64,000 nucleotides of DNA. Origin: Vitrella brassicaformis CCMP3155. Lineage: Eukaryota; Protista; Chromerida. The notes under the pieces are model-generated. The model was not told the DNA's origin. It made no database searches and was given only the letters and a program-made list of their open reading frames with translations. Shown here in pieces: positions 51,066 through 60,088 of the stretch. Position numbers and translations under genes: made by a program. Location of the stretch: assembly GCA_001179505.1 (NCBI GenBank), contig CDMY01000098.1, positions 1-64,000 of the forward strand, written 5' to 3'. Position 1 is the first letter of the stretch. The number at the start of each line of letters is the position of its first letter.

Positions 51066-52701
51066 ATGGCTACCCCGCACAGTGCTGCTCTCATGCTGCT
51101 TATCTGTGTGGCGTCGACCTGTGTAGAAGACGCTGAGGCACAACAGGTACACACAGATTCATTCATTCATTCGATGCTTTGCTGTGCATGGCCGACTCGT
51201 CTGTTCAGGTGCATTTGCGTCGCGTGCAGGAGGCCTCACCGCCGAACGGCACGTCGCTGTCTGCGTCGGAGTATGAGGCGCTGCTCGGCCTGCTGGGGGG
51301 CAATGACACCACACAGCTCACCTCACTCTACCGGTGCGCACACACATCTGCCAGTTGTTCAGGGCATGACGATTCCCCGTCTGTGTGTGTTCTGTGTAGG
51401 TCGTCTGTGCACGGCACTACCTATGGTGATTTGCTTCGCGGTATGGGCGACGCAAAGCCTTTCGTGTTTGTGATCAAGAAGGACAAGTATGTGTTCGGCG
51501 CCTTTATCAATTGCAGCATCCAGCTGCCTGACGACCCGACCAAGAGGCGCTCGACAGGATGTCGTGTATGTGGGATTTCTCACTGGCCGGCCACTTCGAC
51601 AAGCCGACCAAGATAGACATCGTCCCACTGCATCAGTATGTGGGGCAGATTGTGTGGGCGTCGGGGAGGGAGGGGAGTGTGTTTGGTGCGAAAGTGTTCA
51701 TCGGTAGCGGTGAGATTCTGAGTCTGGGTTACGGTGGCCGTTCCTTTTGGGATGACCCGTCGGCTGACGACATCCGCAGCTGCCGGCAGTACACCAGCAG
51801 CGACGATATGCCTGAAGGCTACACGGGAGAGAAGGATGAGGATGGCAATGCTGTGTTGGGCGGGGCGAAGGACTTCATGGCTGACGAGATAGAGGTGTTG
51901 CAGGTGGACACGGAACAGGTATGTAGACACGCCATCCGCCCATTCACTCGATCGATGCTTGGTGTGCAACCTCGCTGATTTTTCCCACGCCTCTGTATAG
52001 GCATCCCTGCCTGCCGGCACGTCGCTGTCTGCGTCAGAGTATGAGGGGCTGCTCGGCCTGGTTGGCAACGGCACTAAAAAGCTCACCTCACTCTACCGGT
52101 ACGCAACACACACACACACACACACACGGAGAGAGAGAGAGAGAGAGATGTGTGCATGTGTGTGTGTGTATGTGTGTGTGTGTGTGTGTATAGGGCGTCT
52201 GTGCACGGCACCACTTACGGCGACCTGCTCCGCTATGTGGGCTACGCGAAGCCTCTCGTGTTGGTGATCAAGAAGAGTCAGTATGTGTTCGGCGCCTTCA
52301 TCAGTGCCAGAATTTGGCTGCCTGACGACCCCACCAGCTATCGCAGATACCTCTGTCACGTGTGGTTGTCCTCACTGGCCGGCCACTTCACCGCACCGAC
52401 CAAGATCGACATACCACGATTGGATCAGTATATGGCGGTGGCGGGGAGGGAGGGGGATGTGGCGGGTGCGAATGTGGATATCGGTGGGACTCTGTGGTTG
52501 GGGGCTGGTAGTCGTGACAGTGGCCGGCCCGCCGCCGACGTCCGCCGCTGCGCTCAGGCCATCGACAGCAACTATGTGCCTGTGGGCTACATGGGAGTGA
52601 GGGAACAGGATGGCGATTCCCCTTTTTTCGGCCATACTCTGTTGGGTGGGTCAGAGTACTTCACGGCTGATGAAATAGAGGTGCTGCACGCGGGGCAGTG
52701 A
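51066..52701 (+). pseudogene. Signal peptide + two tandem TLDc domains; frameshift in domain 1 (pseudogene or sequence error)
   Basis: Two paralogous units: TSLSASEYExLLGLxG..LTSLYRxSVHGTTYGDLLR..KP.V.VIKK.xYVFGAFI..SLAGHF..PTKIDI..LGG...F.ADEIEVL. The frame changes inside a single exon at ~51555-51572, with no usable splice sites. Confidence 0.8.
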
Positions 52702-53385
52702 GAGGTGGATGTGTCGTCGAATTTGATGCGTGGACGTCGTACACTTTACCGATCCGTATATCCGTGTGTGTCTCACTACGAGCGCTGCATGAGACTCATC
52801 GCCGTGTTGTCTCGCGGAACGTGTAGGCGTCACACATGCATTTGGTTCCTTTCATTCTTTCGATACGCACTTCTGCATGTGTGTGTGCTCTTTTTCCTGC
52901 CGATTTGGGTGGCAGTGACGCAATCGTTCACGTTGTCGTTTTTTGTGTATGTTGTGATGAGTGGATGTTGTGTGTGCACTGCCCGCCAGCCAGCTGTCGT
53001 CGTGCACAGCCCTGTCAACGTACCTGCGGCCAGCCATTATCCCCATCCACCCTCTGATAGGCAGCTAGGCAGGACAGACAGGCCGGCGGCCGTCAGGGGC
53101 CGCCCGCCTCAGTCAGTTGAGAAGAGGGAGGAAAGGGAGTCTGACCAATAGACCGGCAGACACAATCGATTGAGCGTGCCATTCATTCATTGTCGCTTTG
53201 GTGAATGACTCGGCTGCGTACCTGGTTCCTCTTTGGGTCGTTACAGCACCTCACCACGCAGGCATATCATCGACATAAACGAGTACCTGCACAGCGATGA
53301 CATCCATCCAATTAATGCAAATCAAGGCACATGTCGCTGCGTACCTCATTCCGAATTATGTTCCGTCTCCCATTCTCAGCCCTTC

Positions 53386-53685
53386 NNNNNNNNNNNNNNN
53401 NNNNNNNNNNNNNNNNNNNNNNNNNNNNNNNNNNNNNNNNNNNNNNNNNNNNNNNNNNNNNNNNNNNNNNNNNNNNNNNNNNNNNNNNNNNNNNNNNNNN
53501 NNNNNNNNNNNNNNNNNNNNNNNNNNNNNNNNNNNNNNNNNNNNNNNNNNNNNNNNNNNNNNNNNNNNNNNNNNNNNNNNNNNNNNNNNNNNNNNNNNNN
53601 NNNNNNNNNNNNNNNNNNNNNNNNNNNNNNNNNNNNNNNNNNNNNNNNNNNNNNNNNNNNNNNNNNNNNNNNNNNNNNNNNNNNN
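53386..53685. other. Assembly gap (300 N)
   Basis: Run of N, followed by poly-C. Confidence 1.
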
Positions 53686-53705
53686 CCCCCCCCCCACCCC
53701 CTCCC

Positions 53706-53743
53706 TCTAATCCATCCACCTTGCACCCCACCCATCCGTCGAC
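53706..53743 (+). repeat. 38-bp direct repeat, copy 2
   Basis: Identical to 50827-50864. Confidence 0.9.
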
Positions 53744-53911
53744 ACCGAAAGGCACAACAGTACTCAATCGGCACATGGAGTGTAAGAAGCACACAAATCA
53801 CACGCAGCCCGGTCAACAGCCCAGCGACTTCACAATTAAGTCCAGTAAAGCAAGTAGGCAAGCGGCCAGCCTCGCTCGGCCCCCCCCGCAGGCGGGCAGG
53901 GTGCTTCTGCA

Positions 53912-55978
53912 TTATGAGCGGCATTCGAGTATGGCGGCCAGCTTGAGCAGGTCGACCGGGCCCTCGGACACATCGCCCGCTGCCGGCGCGGAGAGGGGCT
54001 TCTGGACCTGCTTCAGCAAAGCAATGCCGTCCTTCCACTCGCTGCCCTCTCTCACAGAGGCCGCCTTGTATGCTTTGAAGAATGTATTCGCTGCAGTCAG
54101 CCACAGACAGGTAGGCAGACAGGCAGCACGGGCACACTTGGCTCATTCCAATGGATGTGCAGCCAGCTGTTTTTGTCAGCTTGCTAACCCAGTTTCCACC
54201 ACTCGACCAACTGCTCGACAAACGAAGTACATCCCTTCTCGGTGAGCACCGCAATCCGAGGCGAGTCCTTCTCGACCTGAAGAAAGGAAAAGATCTTGTG
54301 TCTCTTGCCTGATCCTTGTGTCTCTTTGCCCTACTGCGCTGTCGAAGTCAAAATACACAGTGTGGCCCTTGAACAGGCCCATGTTGTCGCGCTGCGATAG
54401 ACAGACACACAACCGAGTGAATATGGAGCGAGAGCTGAGCTGACGCCAAACATTGCTTACCTTGATGTCGAATATCGAGATGTCCCTCTCTTGAAACCAA
54501 TGGAGTCCCCTCAGTGCGGCGGAGAAATGGCTGAGCAGCTCGTCGCATGTCAGGCTGCCCCTCTGGATGTCCTCCCAGGTCCCTGACCACCATGCAACCA
54601 TCAGCAGCCTGCAAGAATGAATTGTACCTGTGTACTGTATCTTCCTGCCGTGGGTCTCACCCTCCATCAACGGCATCAGCACCACAGTGCGGCCCTCAGC
54701 CCCCCGGGCGGCCGTGTGCACGTCAATGTGCATACTGTGGAAGGGGAGGACGGCTGGAGGCCACCCGCTCCACTCGTCCAGCAGCTCCTTCAGACCAGAG
54801 GTCATCCAGGAGGCCGGCGGGCATATGGGCGGGTGGCCGGGGGGTGCCGTCTCCGTGGCGTTTGTGGCGCACTCCGCCTTCCATCTGTTGGCCGCCTTTC
54901 GCACCGTCTGGAAGCCCTCAAAAGCCTAGGAGCCAACAAGGGACCACCATCGACTTTGAGCAGCTGCCGGACCTTGAGTCTTACGAATTCGGGGCAGGAT
55001 GGCAGCTTCGCGAATTTGGCGGCCCAGCGAGGGCGGTCCTCTGGATGGCTGCCGGGCGGTGCGTCGGTGTACTCGAGGTAGATCACGTGCGAGCAGAGTC
55101 CTTCCCCGAGCTTCATGGGCTGCCCTGAGGTGTCCACCGACGGACGAAGGCCGTACTTCGACAGGGCAGCCTGAATCAACGTGCAGAATGATCCACACAC
55201 TGGTCTACATGAGAGGCTTTGCTCAGCTCACCAGGATCTCAGGGGTGACCACCTCGTCCAGCCTCAAGTTGCGATCTTCGGGTGTGTCCGCCGAAACGCT
55301 CTTGGCGGCAGTACAGAGACCTGCACGCAGCAAGAAACGGCACAAGAGGTCTGTCTGCCGGCTTCATGGCCCACTGTATCATGTGGAATGCGTCACACAT
55401 ACCTTTTGAAGCGCGTGTAACATTTTCGTGGGCCTGGATCTTCCCTACTCCCCCCTCTTCTGTCTCGTTGGGCATCTCCCAGGACGCGCCCGACGTGGCG
55501 GCCTGCAGTGCAGACAGACAGGCAGACAGACAGACAGACAGACAAGAGGCAGAGAGACAGAAGGGAAATGATGTCATTATTGTCATGATGTCAAATGCGA
55601 GAGGCGTCCGGCATACTGGGGCGGATGTGGACGTGCTTTGGGTCCCATTCCCTTGTTCCTTCTGTGACGGGACAGGCAGCCCTCACTGATTGCAATGCAT
55701 TGCTGTGCGTGGCTCTCGCCTTTCCGTTCTTACGTGTGTGTGCCTGTGTGTCCCCTCTTGAGTGTCCTTGCCGGCCCGGGGCAGACCATTGGCGGCCTGG
55801 TGTTGATGAGGGTGGGCCCGCCCGTCCCCCGAGGTGAGTTGCCCTTCCCCTGCTGCTGGCTTGTCTCGCCACTCATGTTCGTCGACTGCCTTGTGGGCGC
55901 AGCACTGCCAGCCGCTCGTGGCCGTGCACTTGGAGCGGCACCATGCTGATACGGCGGCACCGATGGCGCTCAACATGG
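53912..55978 (-). CDS. Highly divergent protein kinase-like protein, truncated C-lobe; 5' exons uncertain
   Basis: In the correct order: KLGEGLCSHV (Gly loop), WAAKF (AxK), AFEGF (helix-C Glu), VVLMPLMEG (hinge), ALRGLHWFQERDISIFDIKRDNM (catalytic loop), TVYFDFDSA (DFG equivalent). Spliced to ..LAAILECRS* at 53912. Confidence 0.6.
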
Positions 55979-56738
55979 TAATGTGCACGTGATTGTTTCT
56001 GGGGGCTGATGCATGTTGCACGCTAAGCTCAGAGGCTCGCACTCCGCCGCCGAGGCCTTTTCCCATTGCAAGGGCGCGACTGGTGGGCCCATTTGGACCG
56101 TATAGTAGTTATGCGTGGGGCTTGCGAATTCTGTGTGTGCGTGACACTGTGCAGCAGCACATGACACACACAGTCAGTGACGGACGGAACTCGATGATGT
56201 GTGTGCATGTTTCGTGTACTGTGGGCTTAGATGACTGAGGATCCACACACATATACACACACATTCTATTTGTCTACGAGAGAGAGAGGGAGAACGGTCT
56301 TGCAGGAGCACACACCGCCGATCGATACACACAAAGGGCTGCCGCCTCTCTCTCTCTCTGTCTCTCTCTCTCTGCACACCATTGCACCGCTAGACAGACA
56401 GACACACAGACTAGTGTACACGCTCTAGACAGACAGATGCAATACTTGTTTGTATTAAGGGATTGCCTGTGCTCCTTGCTGTGAGTGAGAACAAACTCTC
56501 CTTTCTTCTGGCAGACGGACAAGTTATTAGCTGTACACACATCCGTACACACACTCCACCACACAGCGGCCTCCTCCCCACACAAACAAACAAAGACTCT
56601 CACTCTAAGGCACGCCAACAAAAATCCCCCCGAGACAAAACCAACCCCAACCCCCACCCCAATGGGATGGCACCCCTCCCTCGCCCATGTGTCTGCCCAT
56701 CTCCATCCATGCGCCTGTCTGTCTGTCTCGTCATTCGT

Positions 56739-58117
56739 TCATGGCATGCCCTGGAAGTTTTCGTTCTCGAAGAGGTCGCTGTCCGGGCCCTCCCCCCTGC
56801 CATGCCTTTGCCCTTGCCCACCCTCCCCCTGCTGCATCATTGTGTCGAGCCGCTCCTTCAGACGCCGCCGTATCGCACACACAGCCGACAGCTGACCTCG
56901 GCCCATCGACACATTGCCGGGGATCGAGACGTCCTGCTTGTTGCTCGGTGAGGGGATGAGCGGCACGATCAGGGCGCCCCCGACGGTGCCGCTGCCCGTC
57001 ATGGACACGCCCACCCGCGGCGGCTCGAAGAGCACCTCAAACTCCGTGTTGGAGCGAAACCGCCGCCTGAAGTAAAAAGCGCAGCCGTCATCTGCACACG
57101 CACACGCATCCACACAGCCAGCCGGCAGCCAAGGGGGAGCGATATGGGATGGCGGATGTGTCCGTGGACACATGTATGTGTCGCTTGATATGATATGATG
57201 TAATGTGAGGTTTTGTTGCCGACTTGACTTACCGCACTCTGATTGGAACCAGTAGAAGGGCAGGTCGGGCCAGGGGCCGTCGATCGTCAAGGTGGGCGAC
57301 CTGTGCACACACACACACACAGACAGACACGGATGCACGAATGTGCGTCCGTGTGTTGATGCATGTGATGTAACCAGGCGTCCCTCCCCTCTCACCTGAG
57401 CAGGGCTTTGTGCCGGACCACTCTGGGGTCATTCGTCACCGGCTCGATGTCCAAGGTGGTGAAGCTACCGTCCAGCCAGAACTTCATCAGCGACGGGAAG
57501 TCCTTGAGCGCAGTCAGGTCCACAATCATAGCGTTCTCCTTGCCCAGCTCCCTTATCTCCCTCAGCAGGTCCAAAGCCGCCCTGTCCCTCTCGCCAGGAA
57601 AGGTGGGGTTCAGTGCCATGTAAATCAGCTTCATCGTGTTGATGGACGACGACCGGCCGATGTGCAGGCACCCGATGGCCCGCAGCCGGTGGCTGCAGAA
57701 CCACCCCACACACCGCCTGTTTCTGTGCATGGCCTCCAGCGACCCCGCCCACTGCCGCATCCTCACAAGCACGTCCACCTCGTCACTCGTGACGGCACCG
57801 CGACCGCCAGCGCCACTGCCGTCATCGGTATCCGACAAGGATGAGCCAATGGTCAAGACCTGCAGCCACCTCTCAGTGGCGCTGAGGGCTTCCTCCTGCG
57901 ATAAGACGCGCAATCCATCACCACCGCCTCCGTGACGCTTCTCCGTGACGGTTGGCGGTGGCGCTGGCGGCGTTGCCACAGCTGACAGCAGAGATGTGCG
58001 GGGCGAGGTGAGCCTCTCATGGACAGATGGAGAGGCGGGAAGGATGAACGAGGTTGCCGTGGGCAGCCACACCGATAATATCATCCACGAGGGAAGCAGG
58101 TCGCCCAGGAGCATCAT
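56739..58117 (-). CDS. Hypothetical protein with bipartite (signal + transit) plastid-type leader, 3 exons
   Basis: MMLLGDLLPSWMILSVWLPTATS-F-ILPASPSVHERLTSPRTSLLSAV: hydrophobic stretch, Phe at the likely +1 position, Ser/Thr/Arg-rich segment. ORFs 57392-58117 and 56739-57395 join through GT-AG introns. Confidence 0.7.
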
Positions 58118-58243
58118 CGTCGCAGCGCAACTCGCCGGCCGACAGTAGAGAGAGAAAAGAACAGCTTTGTTTTACTTCAGATCTGCTTCACACAAAACGC
58201 CGCACAAGCCCCTGCTTCAGCGCAGGCACTTGCATCTCCACGA

Positions 58244-58252
58244 AAGCTCGCA
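58244..58252 (-). promoter_or_regulatory. TGCGAGCTT motif in divergent promoter
   Basis: AAGCTCGCA on + strand, ~130 bp upstream of the 58117 start. Confidence 0.5.
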
Positions 58253-58618
58253 AATTGAATGCGCGCTTAGGGCGGCGGTGCTCTCTCATGCACCCCCAGC
58301 ACTCCGTGCGTGGTTGTTATAAGGGCGTGTTTGTGTGTGACTGGGCGATCTGCACTGGCTGGCCACCTGGGGATGGGCGGTATCTACGTATGGAGTCATG
58401 GTGCCTGACGCACGCACGCACGCCGCCTTCAAGCTGCTGCTGGGGTGGCGTGTGTGCGACGCTGTGTGCCTGCTTGTATGTGGCCGTCGTTCGCAGCGCA
58501 TTGCATATCCTCCTCTCTGCTGCATCTGCCCTCTGCGTGCTGCGTGTTGCGTGTCCGGGTTGCATGTTAGGGTGCCTGTTTCATGTTGGACAGACCGACA
58601 GGGGACTTGGCCGTCAGG

Positions 58619-58646
58619 CCACCTAGGGTGCTCCCTGAAACCGCTG
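58619..58646 (-). promoter_or_regulatory. 28-bp element shared with the 18608-18635 promoter
   Basis: Reverse complement CAGCGGTTTCAGGGAGCACCCTAGGTGG; the 20-bp core 58622-58641 is identical to 18613-18632. Confidence 0.55.
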
Positions 58647-58940
58647 CGAATGCGCGCTTAGCTCGGAGACCGGAGAGCGGTGGAGGCAGAAATGGAGAAG
58701 AATTCAACGTTAAGCAGCTGTTCATTGGCTCACCTGCATCCGCCATCTTGCAGGACAGCCGAGGGTGCGGCAACAGAAAGCAGGCGGACAGATGCCCCTC
58801 CACCAGCCCATGCATCCCGCCACACCAACCACCCGACCTGCATCCACTGTCCGGCTGCAGAAGGTCCCAGTCACGCCTCAGCCAAGATCTTTGCCTGCAG
58901 GAAGCACACGAGGAGGAAAACGAGAGGGGGATCGCAGCTC

Positions 58941-60053
58941 ATGCCGCTGTCCATCAGCTGGATCTGGGCAGCGCTGGTGGTGCTATGCCTGGCGAGTCGG
59001 CGTGTTGATGCATTCCGGCTGCAGAGCGTCGATCTCTTGATGACTGGCCGCAGTGCTGCCCGGCTGCTGCGAGGGAGGGGCAGGGAGAGGGCGGGTGGTT
59101 TGGGTGAGCTGAGGCCGCCGGGAGCTGTTGCTGTGGACAAGGAGACCCTCCTCACCGAAACGGAGAGCGCCAGTGGCGACCTCACCGAAGGTAGGACGGA
59201 CGAAGGAGGGAGGTTCACGACTCACTCACTCATGTGTGTAAGTGTGGTGTGGATGGTTTCGGTTCATTTGCGGTGCAGATGGCCTGGGTGCTCGTGTGCG
59301 CATCCTGAGTGGCCGCTATGCGACCTGCGAGGGCGTGGTCGTCGACACCAGATGGGACGCCAAGGGGCAGCTCAAGGTCAGTCGTCAGTCATAGTCACAC
59401 AGAGACCGTCCGAAGAACAAGTCTGACATGTTCATGTGATATATGCGGTCGGGTCTTTTGTGTTGGTGTTGGTGTGTGTGGTGTGGTGTGCAGCTGTATG
59501 TGCGTCGCGATTGCCGTGTGGGCGAGGCGGAGTCAATCCCGCCGGAGTTTGAGCCAGGACACGACAGAATGTGGTGGTGCGCAATACACATGCATTGCAT
59601 GACGACTCGATAGATGTGCCATCCGCCCTCCTGTTCTCCGTCTGTCTGTCTGCTTGCCGGCAGGTATCCCGTGGCATCGCTGCGCCGCATCGCCGCCAAG
59701 GCGCCCCCTCCCTCTCCCTCTCCCCCCCTCTCCCTCATTGAAGGCATCGACATCCCCACAGCCGCCGATTTGCGGACTGCAGCCAACATGCCCGCCCCAG
59801 CGTCCTTCCCCATGGCGAGCCAGCTGTTTGGCGGTCTGGACAGGCAGGGGCAGGTTGGTGAGAGGGGCGTGTACGCCGCCATTAAGAACAGCCTGCTCAA
59901 CGCCAAGACGACTGACGAGGTGCTGCGGTTCTGGGTGGCAAACAGAAATAGGATGGAGCCCGCCAACTTCCCACACGCACTCTCAAGGCTTGGGCGGTCC
60001 GTCAAGTGAGTAAATATGCCACGCGGCGCCGAGCAAATCTGTCCTCTATCAAC

Positions 60054-60088
<35 letters not shown>

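Noticed and set aside
387-58640. Scattered TTAGGG/TTCAGGG as interstitial telomeric arrays
   Set aside because: Only isolated single units, no tandem array; mentioned only as part of the promoter element.
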